Shown: positions 24,849 to 39,643, counted from the stretch's first letter. The stretch: 64,000 nt of DNA from Podarcis vaucheri (GCA_965113315.1 OZ220370.1), one strand, 5' to 3'. Made by a program: numbers and translations. Notes: generated by a model from the letters alone, not told the origin.

Positions 24849-27800
24849 GCATACAGGATGGCATCCTTAAAGGTTTCTCAGCATGAACCATTTTGTCTAC
24901 AGAACTACAACATTTTCAATTTCTCCAAACACTGTACCTGCAACTTCCCAAATCAATACATACAAAACAGTTCAATGCACATATTCAGAGCAACTGCTAC
25001 AGAAGGGCTACATGTGCATAGGAAGGACATTAACAATGCTTTACTACTAAATTTCACTTTCAAGGATTTCAAAGATTCATTTTCCATCTTCTGACTAATT
25101 ACTTATTCCCTCAGAGAATTTCCAATTTTCATGAAATTTCTAAAAAATAATTTTGTTAACCTTCCCCTGCTTTCATTGTACTAAGCTGAATTACACATTT
25201 AAATCCTAGTTCCTCTCATTTTTTTCATATATATGGGGGGTTATGTATCACTCCTACTATATTCCACATTTGCATAGGTCTGTAACGTTTTTCTTATGGA
25301 AAAATAACAATAAAGATCTTTAAAATTATTATGTAGAAGTTTGTCAGCAAAATCATTATCAGTAATTTCTGTTTAAGCTTCCATCTCATCTGTTTTTCCT
25401 TCCACTTTTGTAGATTTTTAGTGTACAGAAGAATGCAGAATACTTTTGAGACTGTACTCATGTTCCTATGATAAGCCTTTAAGGCAACTGCCTGAAAGCT
25501 TTCAGCAGCAACTTTCTGGGACAGGTACAAACATGGCCAAAAAGCAGTGATTTGTCTCAGGAGACGTGTTTACAGGAATTAAATTAATCTTAGTACAGGC
25601 TTCAGCATGATTTTTTTCAAAAAAATTAAAAAAAATCCTTTGGTGTGTGAAATGAGGCCCATTCTGAGGCTAAAACAGAACTTCCAGTAGAAATTACAAC
25701 TACAGATGTAATTAGCAGTCAATACATTCCCCCCACTTCTGATTACAACGCAGTTGGGAGAGTGAAGGTGAAACTAGCTGACTCATAAACCGAACAGAAC
25801 ATATAACCAGACTAGTCAAGGTAATTAAAAATGTGTGGGCATCCCTTAAAAAAAAAAAAGCTTGTATGGGAGAAGGACAATTATTGCAATATTTTCTCTC
25901 CTATGCACTAACAGCCTAATAAATACATGAAGATAAAATGCAGAACATGTACATTACTAGTCAGATTTGCCAAATATATAATTAACTTACTCAAACACTT
26001 TAGCATGGTTTGTCTTTTCAGATGGTCCCAACATTACACCAAGAAGCACCCACTAAAGACAGTAACATCTAGATGCCAGACACATTTATAAAAGAAGTCT
26101 TCTGGAAGAAAATGCGCTTGAAATCCACAATTTGCTTAAAATTTTGGCTGTAGAATTGGTTGTGTGTTATTTTTAGCAGCTGTCTTGCACGTATACACGC
26201 TCCTACAATGGTCTATTCATGCAAACAGTGTAACAGTGGAAGAAAGTCACAGCTCAGCTTCTACAAGTACTGATTTCTGGTTTCACCTATTGCTCAAAGA
26301 AACCACCCTGGATCTTTCACAAGTGTTCTCCTACAACAGTTACATGAGCAGGTGAAAGCAAGGTTATTAACCAGCTGTAAGTAAGGCACAGTAATTTCTC
26401 AGATCTCTTGATAAAAGAGAATCAAAACAACTCCTGGACTTGCAAATCACTAGGATTAGAGAAGACTACCGATGTTTTCAAATCATAGAATCAGAGTTGG
26501 ATTACAGTATACAGTAAATGTTAGTTGTCCATTCATTCAGTTCAGAATGATCTTCTGTTCAAAGGTTAGCTTGGCAAAGTGGCCAGGAAATAATTCATTC
26601 TACAGAAGTGTAGGTTTTTTGCTTGTTTGTTTGTTTGCTAAACCTCTTAATGGTCAGACAAAAATTAGAACAACCTAATTGAAAATGCATGCTGTATTAC
26701 TGATGTCTCCTGAGCACATGGTGTAATATAATCATAATAGTTTTGAAAGGGTGAGAGGCTGGTGGTATGTTAAATCATGCCATCTGTAGGTGCTTTATAT
26801 AGTTCCATTTGCTAATATCAAGCCATAAGTTTACAGTACTGCTCCTATCATAACCAAGCTGGGGGGGGGTGTTACTATGTTTAATATTTTACCAACGCTC
26901 AAAGCATTCTTTTTGTTAAGAGTCGGATAGTTATGCAGAAAAATCCCACACAGTTTAAGAATACATACCTTGCGAGTTAGTAGTAGTTGTCTTTTTATGT
27001 TGTAATTCCATGTCCAATCACATTTACGTTCCAAGAGAGTGAACTGGGTTGTACAATGGAGTAACTACTTGTCATCCTCTCCCCTTAACATACTAGGAGC
27101 TTAAGTAGCTCCATATGTTTGCTGTTTAGTGATGTGTATAGTTGAGCAGAGCAATTCAAAGAAGAAAAATAAACCCTGTCTCTCAAAGTTCCTCTCATGA
27201 TCTCCCCTTCAGGTGGGTCCCTGAAGCCTTAACTGCTAATAGGAGACTAATGGCAATCAGAAATTGGCATCTGATCCATTTTCTACAATACTTCAGTGTT
27301 GTGCTACATTGAGAGCATTATAGCAAATTTAAAGGGTGGATCAGATCTAGCCACCCAGTGCATGGGGCCCAAATTACACTACAGAATGGGTCCAGCTCGG
27401 ACTTTGGGATCCCGGGACCTGCCCAAGGGAGTTTTGTGCTGATGTGGGCCTGAAGCTGCATGAAGGAAATGCTGTCTAAACACAATTCAAAATTTAAAAA
27501 TATTTTAAAATGGATTAACAAACATGTGTCTATGTCAGGTACAGTTTAGAACAGATCTTTGTAAAAATTACTTGCTATGCTTTCTTTAAAAACAATTGTT
27601 AACTCAGTTACATTCTCACAAACTGAAAGGTCTATGGAATGGCAATATTGTTTCCAGGTAAATAATCCTATGGGGTGGGGGGTAGGTGGGGGGAAATCCC
27701 TGCTCACTGCAGACGCGTCTTCAATGCAGCCACCAGCAAGCCAACTTCATTTGAGTATGATGAATCTTTTATTTTCTAAATCAATGATGGTCTATGTTTA

Positions 27801-30800
27801 TGAACCAGCGGGTAAAACTAAGTGTTGTGTATAAAACACAGGACTGTGCCAAAAACCTACATACATCCTGACATTACACTGCACCTTTTTCCACTCCTGT
27901 CTGCAACAGCCAATAGCACAAATAAATGTCATAAGAATCCAGATAACAAAGGGACCACAACTGTTTTAAAACAAATCATCTATTTCCACAGAATATCACA
28001 GGTGGTAGTGAACATCACTCTCACTAGTAAGTTGTGTGGATGTATTAATGATCCTGAGAATGTGAGCAACTACATGCATTCTCCTTGCAGATAATTACTC
28101 AATCCAAGTTAACTCCCATGATCCTCTATGTATCTGTGGCACACAGTACAGGAACCCCAAGTAATTGGTATGCCATTCTCTACCAGACAATCTACTGACT
28201 ATGCATAAAGTTCCTAAATGGTCATGGAATACTTGCAGTGCCCCCAAGTTCATCTATGTGCTCATCCAGGCAAACATTCACAATTAAATGGGTCATGTAG
28301 AGCACTGCCACAAAACTACTGATGTCAAGGTCAGCATGCCTCTGAATATCAGTTGTTAGAAATCCCAGTTGGAGAGAGTGCTGTTCACATTATATCTGAA
28401 TGAATTCTAAGAGTCATTTGTACCACAATGGATTGATAAAATAATATTAGTATTGTTTTCAAACAGCTCCTTAAAGACCTCTCCAGAATATATTCTAAAG
28501 GAAAAAACTGAACTGTTGAAGTACACAACCTGGAGAAGAGTACTAATGTACACATTGTATATCTCAGCATTACCATATTGCATGCTGATCCAAGTAAAAT
28601 TTACAAATTAAAAGAAACTGTATTACTGCAAAAAATAATAATATAAAAATAGAACACGTCGCACAGGAAAGGAATGCATATGGATTCAAACATTTAGGAA
28701 TGCTCATACTATGTAAATATTCTGAAGTACACAAGACCCATGCTGCAAGAGGAGGCTGAAATGTCAGCTTTCAGATCTTCCTCGTTTTTTTGACTCTTTG
28801 CTTTTGTAGAGTTCATGGTACCTATTTGTTCATCATCACAATCTTCAAATGTAAGCCAGCAAAATGCACAAAGTAAAAATGCTGTCAACACACTCTATGC
28901 AATTTGACGGGCTCAGTGCAATCTCCGTGTGATAGAAAAGAGCTAAAGAAACGGCTAGAGAGTTCCTAATTCAGGTCAAATAGTAATTAGCATAGTTTGT
29001 TCAGATATTAATAATGTAATATATAATAGCCAGCGATTGAGTCACATGATATTGTTCACTACTTTCTAAAGTAGGGCAAGTACTCCACACCAGTATTGCG
29101 GGGGGGGGGGGAGCAGTGTCACAGCCAGCCCAAATTCTTCCCCTCTGTCTAAGCAACACTTATTCTCTGCTCCATCTTTAAAGGGACAAAGAAATGAACA
29201 CATATAGAATTCTCTAGTATATGCATTTATATTGCTTATTATCACAAGAATAGAGAGGGGGCCACCAATACACCCCAGGATTATGTACTCAATTATGCAG
29301 ACTGTGTTGTATTTATGTTAAGGAAAGTAAAATCAGAATATCATTTTCACTTGTTAGGTCTACTGGGACCAGAGGCAGGCTGGGCGTCAAAACCTGTCCT
29401 GTAATAATTCCGATACCAACAGCCTTGTGTAGGCGGACTATCTTGCAATCTGTTAGCAGCAGCACCTTAGCATGAAGCCTATTTTTTCAGAGAACTACAA
29501 AGGGAATTGTACAATCAACCACTAGAAAAAAAACCCCAATGCCTTCGTCAACACCAAGTTGAAGTTGAAGAAGCCATTGATTTATATTATCTCAAATTAA
29601 CTTTTGCATCTTTAGAGGTTACTAGATTAAAGGACAACGTGTGGGTAATCATGCTAGAAGCATTTTCAGTTTTGTTTTAAACCACAAAGTATAGCATTGA
29701 ACAAGTTCATGTTTTATTGCCCCATTCAAGATGTAGAGTGTATAGAACTTGCAACCAGCAACATGATAGAGCACAAATGGTATTTTTGCCACTAGGGAAA
29801 GGTTAAACAAAACACTTCTCAAAGGAAAAACAGTTGACAGGAAATGTGATCTGCATATCCACATACCCAACAGTACTAAAAAAAACTGAACAGCTAACAA
29901 GAATTGCCTTGCAGCTTGACAGGAAAACTCACTGGTCAGGAAGCACTGAAAGTATTAATAAGAGAGCAAACTGCATATCTGGTGATGTCACGTTTCACAT
30001 CAAAAAGCTGATGCTTGACCCAGATAAACATTTACTATAAATATTTCATTGAAAATTAAATCCAAAATAGTGAAGCTATTTTGCTTACTTCAAACCACAA
30101 ATGAATCTAAAAACAATTCCACAATGACACTTTTCACAATAACTTCATGATTCCATTATATTCCTGAAACAACCCAGTACTCCTCACTTTGCTCTCTATA
30201 CTTTCACATAAATTTGAAGCAAGAGAACTTGTGCACCAGTTTTGTTTGCCTAAGAACAGAAAAACATTTCAGGAGACCAGACTTTGTATAAGCAAAAAAG
30301 CAGTCGTCATTTTCCTGACCTAGTTCAAACTTAGATCCAACTCTGAAGATATTTACTATAGAACAAAAAGGTAACAGGTTTAAACTCACCTCTGGGAATA
30401 AATTGTGTGCCACTTGTTTTAGTTTTTGGAGGAAAAAGCATGAATATTAAACCACTACACTTACGAAAGAAAAAGAAAAATGTTCAAGTCAAAAGCAAAC
30501 ACAGATCTGCATGACCTCTCTCTCTTTTCCCGGGGTTAGGAAATCTATGAAGAAAGAAGAGAAATGAAGCTGTAGTGCAAGGCACATTGGCCTGGAAAAT
30601 TGCTCATCACTTTCAGTTCCAGAACATGGTTGTGCAGAATCAAAACTAGGCACAATCAAAATCTTAAAACCTTTTATTTACACAATCAAGGAGGAAAACA
30701 AGACAAATGATTTAAGAATTAAAGAAAACAGTGTTAAGCAGTCAACTGGGGAGGGGTGGGAGCCACGATGTAAAAAGATGCTTCGATCAAGCTAATGAAT

Positions 30801-31539
30801 AATTCAAATAGGTGGAATTTTCTCAGTTGATAACGCTGCACTGATATTTGAATAGCCAGCTTCCCTCGGAGTCCAAGTTGTAACAGAATTCAGGCCAAAT
30901 TATTACTAAGAACTGGGACACTGTGGGAGGGGATACAACTCTAAGGAGAAATGCAAGTTGAAGAAAAAGACTAAGGGAGTCCTTCTCTGGAACCAGAGAA
31001 TGCTGTCCAACAAGATTGAGTATAACAACATTTCTCTCACCCCACCCAAAGCAGCAAACAGCAACAATTATAGGCTAGAGCCACTACCCTGAAACTAGGA
31101 CGCAAGGCCATTTTGCAATTAGACAGGGATGCAACATAAATAAATCCTAATAAAATTTGAACCATATTCACAATCCGTATCACCTGAGCGTGAATATAAA
31201 TGAAAATAAAATGGAAGGAAAAAGTTCAAGATACAGTGGATTCTATTTCCCTCTTGTCTGATTATTACATTTCCAGAATAGACATACATACAGAAAATAC
31301 TCCATTCTTTCTTTCTTGGTACACTGGGCAGGAATTAACATATAGATTCCTGTTAGAAACTATTCTTACACTAAAAATGTCCCAGGTAAAGGAATAAAGA
31401 GAAGCTGGGTTATGAAATGTGGACACGGGTAGCTGTGTATGTGTGTGTACATCTACACGCAGAGATCTACTGCTGCTCTACTAGCTACATTCAATTAACT
31501 GTTAAATAAGTAAATGCTATTATTAATGTATTTCTTATT

Positions 31540-32500
31540 TAGAAACTGCCCTTTATCCAAAGATCCCAGAGAAGTGTACAACATTGAGAACATAATTTAC
31601 GCAGCATAATAAAAACAAAATACACAGCATAATAAAATAATGATTATAACAGTCTCTCTCTGCCCCCGCCCCCCAATTTAACAGGCTATATGTTATGTAA
31701 TGGCAGAAGGCCTGGGTAAAGAGGAATGCTTTCACCTGGCACCTATATGTAATGATGGTGCCAGGCAAGCTTGTCTCTTTTTATATATGATATTTATGTT
31801 AAATTACTAGGCAAGCTTCTCTGATGAGAGCATTCCACAGACAGGGAGCCACCACAGAAAGCGCCTGTTCTTGTATTGTCACCCCAGGAACCTCCTCAAG
31901 GAGAGGAAACATCTGAAGGCAGCCCTGTTTAGGGAAGTTTTTAATGTCTGGTGCTTTGTTGTGTTTTTAATATTCTGTTGAGAGCTGTCCAGAGTGGCTG
32001 GGGAAACCCAGTCAGATGTGTGGCATACAAATTTATATTATTAATTATAATTAATAATTATTATCATTAACATGGAGAAGGGCCTTGGGTGACAATCACA
32101 GGTTCCAGGTCAGTTCGTATGGCGGGGGCAGTTCTTAAGGTATTAATGTCCTGATTAGTGTAAGCCTTTATAGATCAGCACCAGCACTTTGAACTGGGCC
32201 CATAAATTAACTGGCAGCCTGTGTAGTCGGGCCAGGATCGGTGTTATATGCTCAAATAATCATGCTCTGGTGAGCAACTTGGCCATCAAATTTTGCACCA
32301 GCTGAAGTTACCAAACAGACTTCAGAGGAAGCTTCATGCATAACACTTTGCAGTAATCCAACTTAGAGGTTACCAGAGCATGGGCCACAGAGGTTTGGCT
32401 ATTCCTGTCGAGATTGGAAGCTCCTGCAGCCAATCGGAAGCCATGGAAGCCCTGTCGGACTTTCGGGTTCCAAAGAACACTCGCAAACTGGAACACTCAC
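31540..32500 (-). mobile_element. Decayed L2-clade LINE 3' part, with an opposite-strand LINE tail nested at about 31914-32068
   Basis: Minus-strand VAHALVTSKLDYCKVLCMKLPLKSVW and RCQVKAFLFTQAF; the nested piece ends in an (ATT)-rich tail. Confidence 0.8.
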
Positions 32501-32658
32501 TTCTAACTAACTCTGATGTTGTTTCCCTAATTGAAAAGTTACTATCTTCATTGATTTAGTAAATGAGGAACATGTAGCTCTTGAGGTGTTGATGGATTCC
32601 CTGCTGCAGAAGCTCCTCCAAGCATGGCTAATGCTGAGGGATGATTTTAGCTGGAGCA

Positions 32659-33008
32659 GGGACGCAGGTGGCGCTGTGGGTTAAACCACAGAGCCTAGGA
32701 CTTGCTGATCAGAAGGTTGGCGGTTCGAATCCCTGCGACGGAGTGAGCTCCTGTTGCTTCGTCCCTGCTCCTGCCAACCTAGCAGTTCAAAAGCACGTCA
32801 AAGTGTAAGTAGATAAATAGGCACCGCTCCAGCAGGAAGGTAAATGGTGTTTCTATGCGCTGCTCTGGTTCGCCAGAAGCGGCTTAGTCATGCTGGCCAC
32901 ATGACCCGGAAGCTGTACCCCAGCTCCCTCGGCCAATAAAGCGAGATGAGCGCTGCAACCCCAGAGTCGGTCACAACTGGACCTAATGGTCAGGGGTCCC
33001 TTTACCTT
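32659..33008 (+). mobile_element. Sauria SINE (full length), nested in an old hAT MITE (~32560-33045)
   Basis: GGGACGCAGGTGGCGCTGTGG (A box), GGTTCGAATCC (B box), 3' end CAGGGGTCCCTTTACCTT. Confidence 0.95.
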
Positions 33009-33086
33009 AAAACAGCATCCAGAAGGCCAGGGGTTCCCCATTACTGAAATATACCACCAAATTCAATAGGCACCACAACACAAATA

Positions 33087-33331
33087 CAGTGGTACCTCGG
33101 GTTAAGTACTTAATTCGTTCCAGAGGTCCGTTCTTAACCTGAAACTGTTCTTAACCTGAAGCACCATTTTAGCTAATGGGGCCTGCTCCTCCTGCTGCTG
33201 CGCCGCCGGAGCACAATTTCTGTTCTCATCCTGAAGCAAAGTTCTTAACCCGAGGTACTATTTCTGGGTTAGCAGAGTCTGTAACCTGAAGCATATGTAA
33301 CCTGAAGTGTATGTAACCCGAGGTACCACTG
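33087..33331. mobile_element. Tc1/mariner (Tigger-like) MITE, copy 3 of 5
   Basis: Perfect TIR CAGTGGTACCTCGGGTTA with TA TSD. Confidence 0.94.
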
Positions 33332-34827
33332 TATAAATTATGAGGTAGACACTGATTGAAAACCACTATATGCTGTTGTTAAAATTTGTATACCACCCTT
33401 CACCCAATGATCATAGGGTGGTTCACAACATTAAAATACAAAATGAGAACACAACACATTCTGAAACACTGGCCCAAAACCACAAGGTTTTTCCTGGGGG
33501 ACAGGTAAGTATAGCCTGGAGGGATAAATTATACCTTAATGCACAAGTTTTAGAGTAAGCCACCATCAAGCTACCTCATGTGATTATTCTAATTTCCCTC
33601 AAGTCAGCTGTCTGAAGACAGGACTATATGACAGGAGTTGTGTTGTCCTCCCAGTCTGGACTTTGTCATCTGCTTTGGTTGTGGATCTGATGTGTTGAGT
33701 GGGGTAGGGGCTACTTCAGGGGACAGACTGCTCTTTGTCAAGGGCAAGACACCCAAAACCGCCAAAGACATTGTATGGAACTGTAATAAATGAAACTTTA
33801 AGAAATTGTGCTTGAGCTTGCTTTTCTCTCCTCTCTCCTATCCCTTTTTTCTAGTATGTCCTCTCTTTTTAGATTGTGAGTCGGAGAGCAGGGACAGTCT
33901 TAGGACTGATTTTCTGTAAGCTACTCTGACAGCCTTTTCACCCAAAGGGCAGGAGGTATAAATGCTGCAAATAAATAAAGCACATTAAACAGTTCAAAAA
34001 AACAAAAAACAAATTCATCATAGTGAGCCAGAAAGCTATGAACACACTTATCCTTTCTGACTCAGACAGAGACAATTAATGAATCTTCTCACATCACTAA
34101 GTATGTATAAATTGGATTTTAACCAATTTCAATAGTCACTGCGCCTTGCTTTGGGAGAAATGCCACCCTCAGGCTAAAGCTTGACTATCAGATTCCTCAG
34201 AGGTATATGAGGCAGCTGTCAAAAGAGTATTTTGCCCAAGTTGTAACCAAAACAGGAGCACTCCATTTCTGCTTAGATAGTATTGTTTTAGCTCAGAGAA
34301 ATGGAGGAAACCCAAACACAGAGGGGTATTCTTGGGCTGATTTCTTTTTCTTTTCTTTTTTGAGTGTGCAGTTATCTGCCAAAGCAGCCTCATGAGTAGG
34401 CAAAAGGCATTTTGTGCAGCGCCATAATCCTGGATGACCTCCCTCATATTTGGCAGTAAGCCACAGCCATATAGCCAGCACAATCATGTCTCACCACACT
34501 ACAGGCAAGAATTGCTGAGAATAGTAGGTATAATAGGGAGTTATTTTATGCTCAGTTTATGTACATAAATTCAGCCACAAAACACACTAAACACATGCTG
34601 ATTGCAGCTAAAATTGCTGGATGTAATAAGAACACACCAATAATAATTTCTTATCCTACAAAAGCAGTGGTGTCAAAAGCCCATTCAGCCATAAACCTAA
34701 CAGGAGGAACTTTGGATGAGAACTCTGTGCCTAACCTACCTGTTCTGAAAATGAAGTGGAACGCCATTGTATGCTGCCTTAAGCTCTGCCCAAATAAGAC
34801 AAAATGCAAAACTAATAGAGAAACTAA

Positions 34828-34916
34828 GGCTGCAATCTTGACTTCACTTACTGGGGAGTAAGTCACATTGAATTCAATGGGATTTACTTTTCAGCAGACG
34901 TGGTTAGGGTTGCAGC
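34828..34916. repeat. ~90-bp imperfect palindromic element (MITE-like), uninterrupted copy
   Basis: GCTGCAATC ... GGTTGCAGC ends with central CATTGAATTCAATG; related copies near 22679, 24455, 44457 and 45620. Confidence 0.7.
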
Positions 34917-35974
34917 AACTGCTTGAATACTTCAATACAATACAATTTTCACAAATGAAGTTTAAAACATACGAAGTTTCCCTCAGCGAGAGCAACTAAC
35001 AAGCAGACTCAGTTACTAAACTCATGATTCAAATTTCAGCCAACCAGGTTCATCATGTGAAAAACTGATGGTCATCGGAATCCATCCTAGTTTGTACAAA
35101 CAGAAATACAAGACAAGAAATAACAACAACAAAACAACATTGGGTCTATGTAAGCAACTACTGACTTCTAACACTAAAGAACCTGTGCATGACATACAGT
35201 TTACTTTATCACTCCCAGTAAGGTTAGCAGGACATCTCATTTTCACAGCAGTTTATATTTCTTTGTATTTAAAATTAGCAGCTAACTTAAAAGATAAAAT
35301 GAGTAGAGAAAAAGGACTTTGCCAGCTGCTTGCTTCTATATATGGTGAAAGGGCATCTTCAAGCAAATGAGTCATCTCATGAGTATCATTACATACGTAA
35401 ATCCAGACAAGGAAAAGTATGGGCAATCCTAAAATTTTTGTGCCTAATCATTCTTTTAAAAAGTTAAAATTAAACTTGGGCTGAATTTTAAGAAGCCCCA
35501 TGTTCTCTTTCAAACAATCCAACTTTAATTTTTTAAAAAAGAGCATTCACTTGTTTTTTCTGCTGAGCAAGTCTTCAAAGTCCTGGGAATGTAATTCATT
35601 TTGGAGTGTATCCCCAAAACATACAACAAAAATGCAGTGCTAGTCGCTTATCAGTAACTTTAGAAGATACTGTTTCCAATGAGTGTCATTTGCATTAGTG
35701 GGAAGGTCCGGAAGGGTAAACGTGACAATGAAGACTGCCACAAGTTCCCACTCATTCTGTTTCGTGAATATCCTTATGAAGAAAACAAAAGAAGGCATGT
35801 ACAGAAGACTTTGGCAGTATGCGTGACTCTTTATAAACCCAAAGTACAGTACAGCTTTATTTCTTGGCTATAATTTGATACTACATTCCATGTATCAAGG
35901 AAATGGGTCCCCTGCTGGTGTAGGAGGATGGCAGAGGCAATCTATTTGCAGAAGCCAAGGGCTGCAAGCTCCTA

Positions 35975-36101
35975 TGGTAGTGCTAATAACACCAAGGTTG
36001 CAGGTTCGATCCCGATTTGGGGTAGCTGCACATTCCCATATTGCAGGGGGTTGGACTAGACGATACTCAGGGTTGCTTCCAATTCTACAATTTTATTATT
36101 C
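35975..36101 (+). mobile_element. tRNA-Ile-like SINE with CR1-type tail
   Basis: GTGCTAATAACACCAAGGTTGCAGGTTCGATCCC resembles the 3' half of tRNA-Ile(AAT); followed by TTGCAGGGGGTTGGACTAGA...CTTCCAATTCTACAATT. Confidence 0.7.
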
Positions 36102-37139
36102 CAGGGAATGTTGGCACTACAGGAGCAGCACACAGGTGTAAGCCTCAAGAATTAAACAGTAAGCAGATGTGTGTGGAGACATACAGAACCGCCAAATATT
36201 TTGTTTTAGAATTTTGTTGCACATCTCTGGCATTTGAGTGGAAGCGTGATTCACAAATGCTTGTAATTAATAATAAAATTAACCAATCAATCTAATCCTG
36301 ACAGGGGTTTCCCAAGGTCTCAAGTCATAGTCATACCCAGCACTATTATCAGTGAGCCTTTTGCCTAAAGACTCCAGGGGCTATACTTGGAACATTTGCA
36401 TGCTGTTTTATCCAGCATATGTAGATTACAAATTAGAGGTCTGAACTACTTGTGCAAGCTTTGTGCAAATGCACTGTCAACCCATCTTATGACAGCCAAC
36501 TTACACATCCTGGCCACCAGTTGCATGGCTAGCCAACTACAGAACTGCAAGGGGCGGAGAACTTGCCTTTTCTTTCTTGATCTAAACTAGTCCACCCTCA
36601 TTCCTACTTCTGCCTCCTTTCAAGTAGTACTCTTGACTTCACACACACCTGTTCAGACTTCTTGATTAGAATTTTCACTTTGCAATTCCCATTCTGCTCC
36701 TCCACGACCCAAAGTATTGGTTGGTTTGCGCAATGCACCCTGCACTGGGTGTATGATGGTAGTAGACAGGGCATGTCTGTGCATGTCTCCAATATCTCCC
36801 CCCTCCCGCCACCGCCGCCCCCCGGCTTGTATTTCTGCTTAGTTGAGGAACAGAATTGTGGATCAGAACACAACAGCACAGTCCCCACATTCTGTCAAAT
36901 TCCAATATGATGGAGGCACAAACAGGCCTTCCTGCAAAGGCCTGGTATATTGCTTGCAGACTCACTGTTAATGCAAAGGGAGTGGAGAGAACAGGGCAAC
37001 TATGCCCTATAATTAATCTTCCATACACAGATGCTACACCTGTGGAAGACTGGAGCAAGCATCTGTTATTTTAAAAATACTCATATCAGTGGAAAGTGGG
37101 ACTCTCTTATGCTGGTTGCAGGCCTTCCTCAGGAGCCTC

Positions 37140-38330
37140 TTTCAAAACATGATGTTATTCCTTGGTCATCGATGTGTGGTCCTCCATAGTGGGGGTCAAT
37201 GATGTCCCCCCATAGTGTTTAACATCTACAAGCAGCTCATTTCTTCTTTTTATCCAATACCAAGGAAGCTGTTGATGTTTTCAATCAGTTCCTGGAGGCA
37301 GGAATAGGCTTGATGATGAAAGCTAATAAACTGAAGCTTAATCAAAAGAAAGCAAAGGTGCTCCTGCTCAGGAAGGAGGCGCGGCTCTTGCGGGCTTTTC
37401 CCCAAGAGGGAGAAGGGACTGACTGGCCACGTCAGTCCCTTCTCCCTCCTCATAGAAAAGCATGCAAAAGCCGCACACCCTTCAAAGAGAGTGCAGCTCT
37501 TGCTGGCTTTTGTGGGAGGTGGGGGAAGGGACAGAGGGCAGCCCCTCAGTCCCTTCCCCCACCTCCCAGAAAAGTCCCCAAGAGCCGCACTCCCTTTCAC
37601 TAGCCATGTGGAGCATGTGTGCGGTTCTTGGGGGCTTTTCCCCCGAGGAGGGAGAAGGGCAGCCCGTCAGTGATGGGCTGCCCTTCTCCCTCCTGGGGAA
37701 AAGCCTGCAAGAACTGCACACATGCTCCACATGGCTGGTGAAAGGGAGCACTGAGCAAAAAAAAAAATTTCATTTGCATTTCCCTTCTAAAAACTAGGTG
37801 CATCTAATGGTCAGGTGCGTCATGTGGTGCGTTGGATTGTATACCTTGCAGTATGGTTATTCAATTGGTGGCCAGGAGTGCTTTTGCCCAGTTTAGGATA
37901 GTGCAGCAGTTAATCTCCTAAGGAGGTAAGATGTAGTTAAAGAGCACAAGTCTTCAGTTGATCCAGAATGCAACAGCAAGGATATTAGTAGGTTCTCACT
38001 CATGGGCAATATGACACCTATTCTATCTTGGCACGGGTTGCCAATCTGTCTCCAGGCACAATTTAGTGTTTATGATTACCTTTAAAATCCTAAATAGCTG
38101 GCATCCAAGATCACCACATCCTGTAACAACTTGCTCATTCATGAAGATTAAGTGAAGAGGCCCTTTCTGTGTCCCATTGATGGTGGAAGCATAGTAGCTT
38201 GGAACAAGAGAAGGACTTTTGAGTGGATTCCTCAGTATTATGGAACACTGCACCCCATGAAGCATAGTTGGGATACTCTTTGGATGTTTTCCACCAGTTA
38301 GTGAAGACTTTGTAAATTATTCTGGCAAGC
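37140..38330 (+). mobile_element. Decayed L2 LINE fragment split by a MITE-derived insertion
   Basis: MMKANKLKLNQKKAKVLL matches L2 WMRANKLKLNPDKTEVLL; homology resumes after ~37830 (CAGAATGCAACAGCAAGG = QNA.AR). Confidence 0.65.
37376..37823. mobile_element. Truncated Tc2-like MITE with GC-rich inverted-repeat cargo
   Basis: Right subterminal CTAAAAACTAGGTGCATCTAATGGTCAGGTGCGTC; interior homologous to 44045-44300. Confidence 0.75.
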
Positions 38331-39591
38331 TTTTAGCCTATCACAAAGCTAATGTTTTACCTTGGCTTACCACTGATAGGTTGTTAGGAAGAAGGGAACC
38401 ACAAGGCGGGGTTCAGAAGCATGGCAAGCCACGCTCTGGCATGTTTCATGCAAAGTACAGCTACAGCAGGAGCAGAAAATGGATGCCTTTAAGCAGCATG
38501 AACCAAAGTGGAAACATTTAAGCAGCATGAACCAGCACACTGCTTGTTCACAAACCACTATTTCTTCTAAACTAGAGTTCAATCTGACAAACAAAATTGA
38601 CTACTGAGTACCCAACAACTACTGACTGCTTGTCCTAATGGTGTTGCAGGAGGGGGGAGAATTGCAACAAACTGGAGGATGGAAACACGTGGACACTAAA
38701 AATGATTATATTTTCACATGCACTTTGCTTCTGATGAGTGTGCATTTTTCAGTTTCATAACAGCTGAATGAGAATTATATAGAGGAAGGAGAAACAGAAA
38801 CATCTGACTTTCTTGCAAACTATATACGACCTTTGCTAAAAGCTAAACAAACTATGAAACTGCTTTGACTAGAGTGTAAAATGAATCTTCTAATTGGCTT
38901 AGGAAGCTAATTAGTAAGAGAAGCTTTAGCTCTTAAAAACTAATGTAAACTCTCAGAGCTTTTCAAGAGCTGTAAAGGGTTTCATTAATGATTAATAAGA
39001 GCAAACGAAATAATTCCAGTTTTGAGAGCTACAAGCAATGTAGTTCAAAGGTCATTAATTGAACCTACATTGGGAAAGTGGGAAAGTTTATTAAACAATT
39101 ACCACTGTACAAGGGCCACAATAAAACCTCACAGGAATTACATGTATATGCAGTTAGCAAAAAATATTGGGTGATATCCACCATTAAGGCATATTCAGAA
39201 AATACAAAATGAACATCAGTGGACTCAAGTATCTTAAGTCCACTGATTTCAATAAATTCACTCTGAATATTACTAATGATGGACATTACCTACATTACCT
39301 TTTTCTTCTATTTGGGGACAGAATTAAATCTTGCAACTAAATTGGATGTGTATCTGGAAAATTATCTTGAAAACAACAGGTAGGGGAAATTGTGTTTCTG
39401 AATGCAGAACTTTCAAAGTGTGTACCACTTCAGAGCATACTGTCCATGGTTAGTCAGAAACAAGTCCAACTGTATTCAGCAGTGAGGCTTACTGTCAGGT
39501 AATTGCGAAGGAGGCTGAAACTGTAACCATTACTTTTCTTTGCAATCAAAATAATTTTAAAATCAGCTAGATTTAAATCAATCCATCCTGC

Positions 39592-39603
<12 letters not shown>

Positions 39604-39641
<38 letters not shown>
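39604..39641. repeat. (TA)n microsatellite
   Basis: About 19 TA units preceded by (CATA)3. Confidence 0.97.

Positions 39642-39643
<2 letters not shown>

Noticed and set aside
27672-27693. G-quadruplex-like G tracts (and other poly-G runs)
   Set aside because: Homopolymer G runs are common throughout the window and carry no specific signal.
31763-31818. 10-bp direct repeat AGGCAAGCTT around a 36-bp AT-rich filler
   Set aside because: Too short to classify; probably a repair scar within a dead L2.
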